From: Bacteroidota bacterium
GTDB taxonomy: Bacteria; Bacteroidota; Ignavibacteria; UBA10030; UBA6906
NCBI GenBank assembly: GCA_030835135.1
Contig: JAUQWO010000020.1
Coordinates: forward strand, 379-64,378
Direction of reading: 5' to 3'
DNA length: 64,000 nt
Shown here: piece after piece, positions 24,116 to 33,554 of the stretch
Numbering within the stretch: position 1 is the first letter of the stretch
How the letters are laid out: the number at the start of each line of letters is the position of its first letter
Notes under the pieces: generated by a model
Seen by the model: only the letters and a program-made list of their open reading frames with translations
Databases searched by the model: none
Told to the model about the DNA's origin: nothing
Position numbers and translations under genes: made by a program

Positions 24116-25978
24116 AGCTACGACGTCATAGTGGTGGGTGGCGGACACGCCGGCATCGAAGCCGCGCTGGCCGCTGCCCGGATGGGGTGCGCCACCGCCC
24201 TCGTCACCATGGACGCCGCCGCCATCGGCCGCATGTCGTGCAACCCTGCCATCGGAGGCTCCGCCAAAGGCCACCTCGTCCGCGAGATCGACGCCCTGGG
24301 TGGTGAAATGGGACTCATCGCCGACGCCACCGGGATCCATTTCCGAATGCTCAACACCTCTAAAGGTCCCGCTGTCTGGTCGCCCAGGTCGCAGAACGAC
24401 CGGGAGTGGTACAGCAGCGAAGCGCGGCGCAGGGTGGAGTCGCAGCCCGGCCTCGACGTCATCACGGGGTTCCTCTCCGACATCACCGTTGAGAAGGGCG
24501 AGGTCCACGCTGTCACGGTGAACCGGGAGACCACGTTTTCGTGCCGCTCGCTCGTCCTCTGCAGCGGCACGTTCCTCAACGGACTCATGCACACGGGTGA
24601 GAACACAACCACGGGCGGACGCTACGGCGAGCCGGCGTCGGTTGGACTCACTGAGAGGTTCATCGCCCTAGGGTTCGTCGCCGGTCGCCTGAAGACCGGG
24701 ACGCCGCCACGGCTCGACCTTACGACCATCGACCTGGATGAGACCGAGATACAACATGGCGACGCGGACCCGACCCCATTCTCATTCCGGAACGATCGGA
24801 TCGCCAACAGGCAGATCCCCATGTATCTGACCTACACTAACCTCCTGACCCACGAGGTGCTGCGCACCGGGTTCGATGCCTCGCCGCTCTTCACCGGGAG
24901 GATCAAGGGTGTTGGTCCACGGTACTGTCCCTCCATCGAAGACAAGATCAATCGCTTCGCCGACCGAGAGCGACATCAGATATTTCTCGAGCCCGAAGGG
25001 TACGACTCCACCATCGTCTACATGAATGGCTTCTCATCAAGTCTGCCTGCTCATGTGCAGGAGGCGGCCATCCACACCATCCCGGGTCTCAGGCACGCAA
25101 AGATGACCAGGCCGGGTTATGCCGTGGAGTACGACTTCTTCCCGCCACACCAGGTGCGTCACACTCTGGAGACGAAGCTGGTGAAGGGGCTCTACTTCGC
25201 CGGACAGATCAACGGCACGAGCGGATATGAGGAAGCGGCAGGGCAGGGTCTGATCGCGGGCATCAATGCCGCCCTCCGTGTGAAGGGTGATGATTCGTTC
25301 ACCCTGGATCGGAGTGAGGCGTACATTGGCGTGCTCATCGACGACCTCATCAACAAGAGCACCGAGGAGCCGTACCGCATCTTCACGTCGAGAGCGGAAT
25401 ACCGTCTGGCTCTGCGCCAGGACAACGCCGACACCCGGCTCATGAGGAAGGGTGCGGCGCTCGGACTCATCTCCTCCGATGTGCTCGCGAAGCTCAATGA
25501 CAAGGAGCGCGCCATCGCCGGTGCGAAAGAGTATCTCACCATGGTGAGACTCAGCGGGAAGGAGATCGCGGCGACGTTCGGCGACAGGCTCGATGGCACC
25601 GTGCCGGAGAGCGAGACCCTCATCGGGTTGTTGAAGCGTCCGGAGGTCGTTCTCAGAGACATCATCCGTATCCCCATGGTGCGGGAGAGCGATGCCATGA
25701 GGGGTGTGGTTGCGGACAAGGAGATCTTCTCACGGGTAGAGACCGAGGTGAAGTACGAGGGATACCTGCGGAGGCAGGACGAGCAGATCAGGCAGTTCCA
25801 GAAGAGCGAGTCCATGCGGATACCCGAGGGGATGGATTATCACGCGCTCCGGTCGCTGAGCAATGAGGCGCGGGAGAAGCTGGCGAGGGTGCGGCCGGCC
25901 TCCATCGGTCAGGCCATGAGGATCAGCGGCGTCACCCCGGCCGACGTGTCGGTACTAATGATCTCACTTATGAGGTGA
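24098..25978 (+). CDS. mnmG: tRNA uridine 5-carboxymethylaminomethyl modification enzyme MnmG (GidA)
   Basis: The FAD-binding motif is [23 protein letters not shown]. It is 626 aa, typical of GidA. Confidence 0.95.
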   Translation: MFHVKHSYDVIVVGGGHAGIEAALAAARMGCATALVTMDAAAIGRMSCNPAIGGSAKGHLVREIDALGGEMGLIADATGIHFRMLNTSKGPAVWSPRSQNDREWYSSEARRRVESQPGLDVITGFLSDITVEKGEVHAVTVNRETTFSCRSLVLCSGTFLNGLMHTGENTTTGGRYGEPASVGLTERFIALGFVAGRLKTGTPPRLDLTTIDLDETEIQHGDADPTPFSFRNDRIANRQIPMYLTYTNLLTHEVLRTGFDASPLFTGRIKGVGPRYCPSIEDKINRFADRERHQIFLEPEGYDSTIVYMNGFSSSLPAHVQEAAIHTIPGLRHAKMTRPGYAVEYDFFPPHQVRHTLETKLVKGLYFAGQINGTSGYEEAAGQGLIAGINAALRVKGDDSFTLDRSEAYIGVLIDDLINKSTEEPYRIFTSRAEYRLALRQDNADTRLMRKGAALGLISSDVLAKLNDKERAIAGAKEYLTMVRLSGKEIAATFGDRLDGTVPESETLIGLLKRPEVVLRDIIRIPMVRESDAMRGVVADKEIFSRVETEVKYEGYLRRQDEQIRQFQKSESMRIPEGMDYHALRSLSNEAREKLARVRPASIGQAMRISGVTPADVSVLMISLMR

Positions 25979-25995
25979 TGTTTCACGTGAAACAT
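25978..25995 (+). promoter_or_regulatory. Perfect 18-nt palindrome atgtttcacgtgaaacat containing the rsmG start codon
   Basis: Seen directly. It is the same motif as at the mnmG start, and both genes therefore encode MFHVKHS.DV. Confidence 0.5.
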
Positions 25996-26712
25996 TCACG
26001 CGACGTGCAAGTCATCTGTCGGAAGAACGGGTTCGATCTGACTGAAGGGATGGTGGAGCAGCTCGAGCAGTATGTTGCGCTGCTCCTTGAGTGGAATGCG
26101 AAGGTGAATCTGGTATCGAGGAAGGATCAGGAGAACATCTGGGGAGGGCATGTGTTGCACGCGCTCTCGTTGATGTTCAGGATACGGCTGCCGGAGGAGA
26201 TGAGGGTGATCGATCTTGGCTCGGGAGGTGGTTTGCCCGGGATACCATTGGCGATAGTGAACCCGCGGTGGAGTGTCGGGTTGCTCGACTCCATTCAGAA
26301 GAAGTGTGCGGCGGTGCAGGACATCATCACACGCATGGGTTTAGCAGTGCGCGTTGAAGTGATCGTAGGTCGAGCGGAGGAGAAGGCGATCCTTGATGTG
26401 CGGAGGGGGAAGGCAGACGTTGTTGTGGCGAGGGGTGTGGCCCCGCTTGCGGAGCTCGTGAAGTGGTCCAAGCCATACTTGAAAAAGCCGGCGGAAGCCG
26501 GGCCGGCGGTGGAAGACGCCGGGGGCATTGTGCGTGTCACACCGCCGGTGTTGATCGCGTATAAGGGTGGTGACCTCGAGGGGGAGATAAGGGAGATGAG
26601 GATGAAGACGGGGAGGGTTGTGGCGTCGGATGTACCGATAGCATTTGCGGAAGCGGAAGAGTGCGGCCTCACCGGGAAGACGATCCTGGTGGTGCCGATC
26701 CACAGGCAATGA
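25978..26712 (+). CDS. rsmG: 16S rRNA (guanine527-N7)-methyltransferase RsmG (GidB)
   Basis: The ATG overlaps the mnmG stop codon (TGATG). The SAM motif is IDLGSGGGLPGIPLAI and the N-terminus carries LLLEWNAKVNLVS. Confidence 0.85.
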   Translation: MFHVKHSRDVQVICRKNGFDLTEGMVEQLEQYVALLLEWNAKVNLVSRKDQENIWGGHVLHALSLMFRIRLPEEMRVIDLGSGGGLPGIPLAIVNPRWSVGLLDSIQKKCAAVQDIITRMGLAVRVEVIVGRAEEKAILDVRRGKADVVVARGVAPLAELVKWSKPYLKKPAEAGPAVEDAGGIVRVTPPVLIAYKGGDLEGEIREMRMKTGRVVASDVPIAFAEAEECGLTGKTILVVPIHRQ

Positions 26713-26745
26713 TTTCTATAACCGTTATTGTAATGAAGAGCTCCG

Positions 26746-27675
26746 ATGAGTAAAGACCTTTCTGATGCGCTCGCGAAGCTGCTCACCGAGCAGCGTAATC
26801 CGGCATCGATGCAGATGGACAGTCTGAGTGTGGAGGAGATCCTCCGCCTCATCAACGATCAGGACAAGCGCGTGGCGCTGGCCGTGGAACATGAGATCCC
26901 CTGGATCGCGAAGGCCGTCGATCTTGTCGTCGCGTCCTTCCGCAGGGGCGGACGGCTGATCTATTTCGGGTCGGGCACATCCGGCCGACTCGGCGTCGTG
27001 GACGCATCCGAGTGCCCCCCCACCTTTGGCACGCCGCCCGAGCTCGTGGTCGGGATGATCTCGGGTGGACAGCCAGCGATGTTCAGGTCGGTGGAAGGTG
27101 CGGAGGATGATCCCGAGCAGGCGCGGCGCGAGGTGGATGCATTGAACGTCAACGACACCGACACTGTGTGCGGGATCGCAGCAAGCCGTCGGACCCCGTA
27201 TGCCGTTGCGGCGGTCGGACGTGCGCGGGAGCTGGGCGCGAAGACGCTGTACATTACCACCAACCCGCGGAAGGACTTCGACCTCGACGTCGACGTCCCG
27301 ATCTGTCCGGAAGTCGGTCCCGAGGTGCTCATGGGGTCCACGCGGATGAAGTCGGGCACCGCGCAGAAGCTCGTGCTCAACATGATCACCACCACCGCGA
27401 TGATCCGTCTGGGCAAGGTGTATGAGAACATGATGGTGGACCTGCAGCTCACGAACCAGAAGCTCGTGGAGCGGTCGAAGCGTATCGTCATGATGGCCAC
27501 CGGCATCGACTATGACGCGGCGACCATCGCGTTGGAGAAGGCGGGCGGGCACGTCAAGAGTGCGATCGTCATGGTGAAGGCCAACGTCTCGCTGGACGAA
27601 GCGCGCCGCCGCATCGATGCCGCGGATGGTTTCGTCCGCGCTGCGATAGAGGGAGTACCGTCGTCGAGGAAGTGA
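26746..27675 (+). CDS. murQ: N-acetylmuramic acid 6-phosphate etherase
   Basis: The SIS domain carries GSGTSGRLGVVDASECPPTF and the MurQ C-terminal motif is ENMMVDLQLTN. Confidence 0.85.
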   Translation: MSKDLSDALAKLLTEQRNPASMQMDSLSVEEILRLINDQDKRVALAVEHEIPWIAKAVDLVVASFRRGGRLIYFGSGTSGRLGVVDASECPPTFGTPPELVVGMISGGQPAMFRSVEGAEDDPEQARREVDALNVNDTDTVCGIAASRRTPYAVAAVGRARELGAKTLYITTNPRKDFDLDVDVPICPEVGPEVLMGSTRMKSGTAQKLVLNMITTTAMIRLGKVYENMMVDLQLTNQKLVERSKRIVMMATGIDYDAATIALEKAGGHVKSAIVMVKANVSLDEARRRIDAADGFVRAAIEGVPSSRK

Positions 27676-27712
27676 CCACTCTATAGCTGTTATTGCAATA
27701 TCTGTCTCGTAA

Positions 27713-28020
27713 GGGCGGTCCCGCAAGCGGGACCGCCCCTACACCATGCGCCCGGAGAGATGCCTTTGTAGGGGCGGTGCATCCACCGCCCCTACACCAG
27801 CGTGCGGTTGACAGTAGAGGTTTGCCGCACCACCGCGCACAATTTATGGTGGTGGCGCACGGAGGGGTGCGTTTGTAGGCGGCGGTTCCGCTTGCGTGAC
27901 CGCCCCTACACCATGCGCACGGAGAGATGCCTTTGTAGGGGCGGTGCATGCACCGCCCCTACACCAACGTGCGGTTGACTGTAGAGGTTTGCCGCACCGC
28001 CCCTACAATCCGTGGACGCC
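27713..28020. repeat. Two tandem ~160-bp units built from GC-rich perfect-palindrome hairpins
   Basis: The palindrome gggcggtcccgcaagcgggaccgccc lies at 27713-27738. The palindrome gtaggggcggtgcatccaccgcccctac lies at 27768-27795. A perfect 28-nt palindrome, gtaggggcggtgcatgcaccgcccctac, lies at 27945-27972. Confidence 0.85.
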
Positions 28021-28075
28021 TGACAGTAATCGTGGTGTATGCAGCCGATCGAAGAATAGTGAAGCACGACTGACG
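27985..28075 (+). repeat. Partial copy (E) of the MITE-like element
   Basis: The sequence ccgtggacgcctgacagtaatcgtggtgtatgcagccgatcgaagaata matches the core of copies A-D. It lacks the right terminal inverted repeat. Confidence 0.55.
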
Positions 28076-28080
28076 AACGA

Positions 28081-31000
28081 ATGACCCCGATCCTCCCCCA
28101 CCTCCTCACCGACGACCCCTTCGTCCAGGAGCTCCATAACGCCGTCGCGCAATTGCGCCCCGGCGAACGAGCCACGGCAAGCGGCCTCGCCGGATCGCTC
28201 ACCGCGCTCGTCCTCACCGAGCTCCAGCGACTTTCGCAGAGGCAGGTCCTCGTCATTGCGCCTGAGAAAGACGCCGCCGTCAGGGTCTCCGACGACCTTG
28301 CCGCCCTGGCGAGTCTCGACACCGTCCGGCTCTTCGTCGGTCGCGAGGAATCCGACGCCCTGCTTACCGAGCGGAGCCGCGAGCTCCACGACGTGCACAC
28401 GTTGCGCTCGCTCACCAACGGCGACGTCAGCTTCGTCGTTACCCACGCCGGCGGTGCCCTCCACCGTCTCCCCTCCCCCGACACCGTCCGTACCGAAGCC
28501 CTCGTCCTCGAGACCGGCACACTGGCGGGGTTCCAGGAGACCATCAGCACTCTCAACAAATTCCACTTCGACCGCTGCGATATCGTGGAGAAGCCCGGCG
28601 AGTACGCCGTGCGCGGGGGGATCGTGGACGTTTTTCCGTTCGTGGGCGAGAACCCGATCCGCATCGAGTTCTTTGAGGACGAGGTCGAGAGCATCCGCGA
28701 ATTCGACGTCGGCTCCCAGCGCTCCATTCGGTCGCTTGCCACCGCGTTGCTCGTCCCTGACGTGCTGGACACCGAACTCCACGATCATGCGCAGGACGGC
28801 ATCCTGCTGGACTATCTGGCGGATGGGGCATTGCTCGTCATCCTGGAACCGTTATTGCAGGACGAGCCCCTGACGAAACTTCCTGCTGCGGCCCCCGCCC
28901 GCTACCACACCCGCGAATACCTCGACGAGGTCCTCGCCCTCTTTCCGCAGCTCCACTGCACGGCGCTGGATCCTTCCGCCCGCGCCCTGGATGCCGGCGG
29001 ACGGCCGCAGCCGGCATTCAACGGCAGCGTGCAGATGATGGCGCGCGACATCGCCGAGCGGCAGGCCGAGGGGTACGCCGTCATCATCACCTGCGACAGC
29101 CAGTCGGAGATGGCGCGCGTCCGCGAACTCCTTGCCACCGCCGCCGCCGGACTCGAAGACATGACGCCGCCCGACATCGAGGCGCTGCGGTTCACCCTCG
29201 AGGCGGTGCATGAGGGATTCCTCCTCCCCTCCCGCAGGCTGGCCGTGTATACCGAACATCAGGCATTCGGCCGCATCAAGCGCCGGGGCACGCGCCGGAA
29301 GGCGAAGTTCAAGGGGATCACCGAGAAGGAGCTCACCCAGCTCCGCAAGGGCGACTACGTCGTGCATGAGGATTTTGGCATCGGGAAGTTTGCCGGCCTC
29401 AAGACCATCCACGTCCGCGAGATCCCGATGGAGGTCGCCTCGGTGCTGTACGCCGAGAACGACACGCTGTACGTGAACATCAGCTTCATCAATAAGCTGC
29501 AGAAGTACTCTTCCAAGGACGGCCATGTACCGGTGCTGCATCGGCTGGGCAGCGGCGAGTGGGACCGCCTGAAGCAGCGGACGAAGAAGCGGGTCAAGGA
29601 TATCGCGCGTGAGCTCATCGGGCTCTATGCGCGGCGGAAGCATCTGGAAGGCTTCTCCTTCCCCGCCGACACCCCCTGGCAGCAGGAGCTCGAGGCATCG
29701 TTCATGTACGAGGACACCGTGGACCAGGCCAAGGCCACGGTAGATGTGAAGCGGGACATGGAAGGCACATCGCCCATGGACCGGCTCATCTGCGGCGATG
29801 TCGGGTTCGGCAAGACCGAGGTTGCCGTGCGCGCCGCATTCAAGGCCGTCGTCGCCGGCAAGCAAGTGGCCGTGCTCGTCCCCACCACCATCCTGGCATT
29901 GCAGCACACCAACACCTTCCGCGACCGGGTAGCGCGGTACGGCGTCAGCGTAGAATCGCTCTCCCGCTTCACGCCCAAGAAAGAGCAGGACGCCATCGTG
30001 GAGCGGATGAAGGCCGGGGGCGTGGACATCGTCATCGGCACGCACCGGCTGCTCTCCAAGGACATCAAGTTCAAGGACCTCGGGCTCCTCATTATAGATG
30101 AGGAACACCGGTTCGGCGTTGCCGCAAAGGAAAAGCTGCGGCACCTCCGGACGCAGATCGACACTCTGGCGCTCACCGCCACACCCATTCCGCGTACGCT
30201 GCACTTCTCCCTCATGGGGGCGCGCGACCTCTCGATCATCGCCACGGCACCCAGGAACCGTCTGCCCATCCAGACCGAGATCGTGCAGTGGAACGATGAC
30301 ATCATCCATGAAGCCATTCGCCGGGAGATCGTACGGGGCGGACAGGTCTACTTCGTGCACGATAAGGTCCACAACATGGATGAGGTCGCCGAGCGGCTGC
30401 GTGCGCTGCTCCCGGACGTCCGCATGCGTGCCGCACACGGACAGATGAAAGCAAGTGAGCTCGAGGACGTGATGATGGCCTTCCTCGAGAAGCAGATCGA
30501 CCTGTTGATCACCACGAAGATCATCGAGTCGGGGCTCGACATCCCCAACACGAACACCATCATCATCAATCGTGCCGATCACTTCGGGATGGCCGAGCTC
30601 TATCAGCTTCGTGGGCGCGTGGGACGCTCCAACCAGCAGGCGTACGCATATCTCATCACTCCGCCGGTATCGGTCCTCGGCCGCACCACATTGCAGCGAT
30701 TGCAGGCGATGCAGGAGTTCACCGAGCTCGGGTCGGGGCTGAACCTCGCCATGCGCGATCTCGAGATCCGTGGCGCCGGCAACCTGCTGGGGAGCGAGCA
30801 GAGCGGCTTCATCGAAGCCATGGGATTTGAAACATATACGCGTTTGCTCGACGAAGCCGTGCACGAACTCAAGCGCGACGAATTCGCGGAGCTCTTCCCC
30901 GAAGACGCAGGGTTCACCGGTGGAAAGCAGGTCGTGGTGGAGGCCGAGATCGAGGCACTCATTCCGCAGGAGTACATCCCGGGCGAGGGCGAACGCCTCG

Positions 31001-31422
31001 CCATCTACCGCCGGCTTCATGCGCTCACGGACAATACTCAGCTCGAGGAGGTTGCCAACGAGCTGCGCGACCGGTTCGGGCGTATCCCCTACCAGGTGGA
31101 AGGCCTCTTCGGCGTGATACGCCTCAAGCTGTTGGCGGCGAAGATCGGGTTCTCGAAGCTGCATCTGGATACCGACCGGTTGGAAGTGCACTTCCCGCCG
31201 CAGGAAGACACGGCATTCTACGGTTCCGCGGTGTTCCAGGACCTCATGACGATGCTCTCGCGCAAACGAGACCGCGGTGTCACGCTGAATCAGACGGACG
31301 CGCTGTTGCGGGCCGTCGTGCCGCTCAATGCCGGCACCGATTCCGCCGTGGCCATCACGCGGAGCATGGAGTTCCTCACCGAGCTGGCCGGCGTCCTGCC
31401 CATGGAGGCGGTGCCAGCGTAG
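28081..31422 (+). CDS. mfd: Transcription-repair coupling factor Mfd
   Basis: The Walker A motif is GDVGFGKTEVAVRAAFKA and the DEEH box is IIDEEHRFGV. It is 1113 aa with a UvrB-homology N-terminus and a TRG motif region. Confidence 0.95.
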   Translation: MTPILPHLLTDDPFVQELHNAVAQLRPGERATASGLAGSLTALVLTELQRLSQRQVLVIAPEKDAAVRVSDDLAALASLDTVRLFVGREESDALLTERSRELHDVHTLRSLTNGDVSFVVTHAGGALHRLPSPDTVRTEALVLETGTLAGFQETISTLNKFHFDRCDIVEKPGEYAVRGGIVDVFPFVGENPIRIEFFEDEVESIREFDVGSQRSIRSLATALLVPDVLDTELHDHAQDGILLDYLADGALLVILEPLLQDEPLTKLPAAAPARYHTREYLDEVLALFPQLHCTALDPSARALDAGGRPQPAFNGSVQMMARDIAERQAEGYAVIITCDSQSEMARVRELLATAAAGLEDMTPPDIEALRFTLEAVHEGFLLPSRRLAVYTEHQAFGRIKRRGTRRKAKFKGITEKELTQLRKGDYVVHEDFGIGKFAGLKTIHVREIPMEVASVLYAENDTLYVNISFINKLQKYSSKDGHVPVLHRLGSGEWDRLKQRTKKRVKDIARELIGLYARRKHLEGFSFPADTPWQQELEASFMYEDTVDQAKATVDVKRDMEGTSPMDRLICGDVGFGKTEVAVRAAFKAVVAGKQVAVLVPTTILALQHTNTFRDRVARYGVSVESLSRFTPKKEQDAIVERMKAGGVDIVIGTHRLLSKDIKFKDLGLLIIDEEHRFGVAAKEKLRHLRTQIDTLALTATPIPRTLHFSLMGARDLSIIATAPRNRLPIQTEIVQWNDDIIHEAIRREIVRGGQVYFVHDKVHNMDEVAERLRALLPDVRMRAAHGQMKASELEDVMMAFLEKQIDLLITTKIIESGLDIPNTNTIIINRADHFGMAELYQLRGRVGRSNQQAYAYLITPPVSVLGRTTLQRLQAMQEFTELGSGLNLAMRDLEIRGAGNLLGSEQSGFIEAMGFETYTRLLDEAVHELKRDEFAELFPEDAGFTGGKQVVVEAEIEALIPQEYIPGEGERLAIYRRLHALTDNTQLEEVANELRDRFGRIPYQVEGLFGVIRLKLLAAKIGFSKLHLDTDRLEVHFPPQEDTAFYGSAVFQDLMTMLSRKRDRGVTLNQTDALLRAVVPLNAGTDSAVAITRSMEFLTELAGVLPMEAVPA

Positions 31423-31501
31423 TTTTGGTGAGCGATGATAGTAGAAAGAGGGACAGACGAAGCCAGGAAGGAGTCACCAAATGACCGCCTGGTGAGGGCG
31501 A

Positions 31502-31612
31502 CCGGGGAGATGCCCCAGCGAGGTTTCTCCACTCCGTGGACGCCTGGCAGCAATCGAGGTGTACGACGCTTATCGAAGAATTTGGAGAAACCGAGTCGGG
31601 GCACTCCCCGGG
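31502..31612 (+). repeat. MITE-like inverted-repeat element, copy B
   Basis: The terminal inverted repeats and the core tttctccactccgtggacgcc...gatcgaagaatttggagaaaccgagtcgggg are the same as in copy A. Confidence 0.75.
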
Positions 31613-31637
31613 CGCTACTCCGACAAAGGTGAATTTC

Positions 31638-32576
31638 GTGAGCCATCGCGTGAAAAGACTCTTCCTGCTAACGTTTCTCGTTGCCTCTGTCGCAGCGGGG
31701 CAAACCAAGCACTTGTGCGTGACGATCGACGATCTACCCGTCGTCGCCTACGGCATCGCCGACACGAGCTACCAGCGAAAGATCATCACGGCACTCACAC
31801 GCGGACTCGTGGATGCCAGAGCTCCTGCCATTGGCTTCGTGAACGAACAGAAGCTGAACGACGACACAGGCCTCTCCCCTTTCCGCGTCTCACTCCTCGA
31901 GCAGTGGCTCGATGCCGGACTGGATCTCGGGAATCACACCTACTCTCACCCGGACATCAACACGATCACCTGTGCGGCGTACTTTGCGGATGTCATCCGC
32001 GGTGAGACCGTCACACGGCAGCTTCTCCGGCGGCGCGGAACGACACTCCGCTACTTCCGGCATCCGTTCCTCTACCTGGGCAGCACAAAGCACGTTGCCG
32101 ATTCATTGAGCACATTCCTTGCGGGACGCGGATACACGACAGCCCCCGTCACCATCGACAACGACGATTACATGTTCGCGGCCATGTATCATCGTGCGTA
32201 TCAGCGGCGGGACACGGCAGATGCGAAGAAGGTCGGACGGGAGTACGTGGCGTATCTGGAAACGAAGCTGCAGTACTACGAGCGGCAGTCGGTCAAGCTG
32301 TTCGGGCGGCCCATCGCGCAGGTGCTGCTCATCCATGCGAGCCGACTGAATGCAGAACACATCGACGCGTTGCTGGCGATGATCAGGAGGAACGGGTATA
32401 GCTTCGCGGACCTCGCGAGCGTGTTGCGGGACGAAGCATACCATACGCCCATCACCGTCTACAAGAAGTACGGCATCTCGTGGTTGGATCGCTGGGCGCT
32501 GTCAGCGGGGAAGACCGGGGACTTCTTCAAAGAAGAACCTGACGTGCCGGAGTATATCAGGGCAGGTTGGAAATAA
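31638..32576 (+). CDS. Polysaccharide deacetylase (NodB-homology domain) family protein, secreted
   Basis: The GTG start is at 31638; an alternative GTG at 31650 gives MKRLFLLTFLVASVAAGQ. A signal peptide is present and the NodB motif is DLGNHTYSHPD. The ORF extension upstream of 31638 lies inside a repeat and is not used. Confidence 0.75.
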   Translation: MSHRVKRLFLLTFLVASVAAGQTKHLCVTIDDLPVVAYGIADTSYQRKIITALTRGLVDARAPAIGFVNEQKLNDDTGLSPFRVSLLEQWLDAGLDLGNHTYSHPDINTITCAAYFADVIRGETVTRQLLRRRGTTLRYFRHPFLYLGSTKHVADSLSTFLAGRGYTTAPVTIDNDDYMFAAMYHRAYQRRDTADAKKVGREYVAYLETKLQYYERQSVKLFGRPIAQVLLIHASRLNAEHIDALLAMIRRNGYSFADLASVLRDEAYHTPITVYKKYGISWLDRWALSAGKTGDFFKEEPDVPEYIRAGWK

Positions 32577-32596
32577 GGGCGGTCCCGCGTGCGGAA

Positions 32597-32690
32597 CCGC
32601 CCCTACGCCATGCGCACTGTCGACAGAAGGGGTTGTATCGCACCGCCCCCACACCCATCATGGTGGCGTCGACGGGGGGGTATGCCCGGC
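32597..32690. repeat. GC-rich hairpin repeat of the same family as 27713-28020 and 8904-8985
   Basis: The sequence gggcggtcccgcgtgcggaaccgcccctacgccatgcgc...ggggttgtatcgcaccgccc shares motifs with both other copies. Confidence 0.7.
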
Positions 32691-32743
32691 AAGGTATCCC
32701 CGCGAACATGCCTCCATCGAATTGGTGAACATGGTGATGGCGA

Positions 32744-32854
32744 CCGGGGAGATGCCCCAGCGAGGTTTCTCCACTCCGTGGACGCGTGACAGTAATCGTG
32801 GTGTATGTGGCTGATCGAAGAATTTGGAGAAACCGAGTCGGGGCACTCCCCGGG
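32744..32854 (+). repeat. MITE-like inverted-repeat element, copy C
   Basis: It is the same ~111-bp element with the same terminal inverted repeats. Confidence 0.75.
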
Positions 32855-32975
32855 CGCTACTCCGTAGACTTCACAGTTGCTGCACTGCCCGGGCGCTACT
32901 CCGTAGACTTCACAGTTGCTGCACTGCCCGGGCGCTACTCCGTAGACTTCACAGTTGCTGCACTGCCCGGGCGCA
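32849..32975. repeat. 39-nt tandem repeat, three identical copies
   Basis: The unit is cccgggcgctactccgtagacttcacagttgctgcactg. Confidence 0.85.
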
Positions 32976-33039
32976 TCTTCGGCCGACTCTGATATCCGGC
33001 CCACGAGGCGTACATTTCCTGACCTGTATTGAAGGGACC

Positions 33040-33495
33040 ATGAGAGAGATCAATTTCCATAACGGCGCCGTCATCTTCCGCGCGCCGGACGCCTGGCAGG
33101 AATCGCACGACGACGAGCAGACCATCGTGCTCTTCCAGACCGAGCCTACGCCCATGACGCTACGGCTCACCGTAGTGAACAGCACCGTCCCGCCGCACGC
33201 GAAGAGCGCATCCGCACAGGCATTGATGCGGCTGACCGGCGGGATCTCGGAGATCATCGTCGAAGAGCTGTCGCACGAGCGCGCATTCAAAACGTTCACA
33301 ACGAAGAGCGGATCACCGGAGCGCCCTACGTTCATTCAGTTCTGGCACTACGGCATTCGCGGTAGCGGATTGAAATGGATGCAGGCGGTCTTTTCACTGA
33401 CGGTCGATGAGAAAGACCGGATGCTCCCGGCGGTGGAGGCGATCACGTCGCAGCTCGATGAGGAGATCCGTCGGGCGGCGTTCGATCCGGACTGA
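33040..33495 (+). CDS. Hypothetical protein (151 aa)
   Basis: The ATG lies at 33040, inside the longer track ORF that starts within the tandem repeat. No recognisable motifs were found. Confidence 0.4.
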   Translation: MREINFHNGAVIFRAPDAWQESHDDEQTIVLFQTEPTPMTLRLTVVNSTVPPHAKSASAQALMRLTGGISEIIVEELSHERAFKTFTTKSGSPERPTFIQFWHYGIRGSGLKWMQAVFSLTVDEKDRMLPAVEAITSQLDEEIRRAAFDPD

Positions 33496-33554
33496 GGGCT
33501 CACACACATGCCGGACAAGATCCATCGTGCACATACTATCAAGAAGAGGGACCA

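Noticed and set aside
31536-31637. Upstream extension of the deacetylase ORF
   Set aside because: The extension lies inside MITE-like copy B. A signal peptide begins at the GTG at 31638 or 31650.
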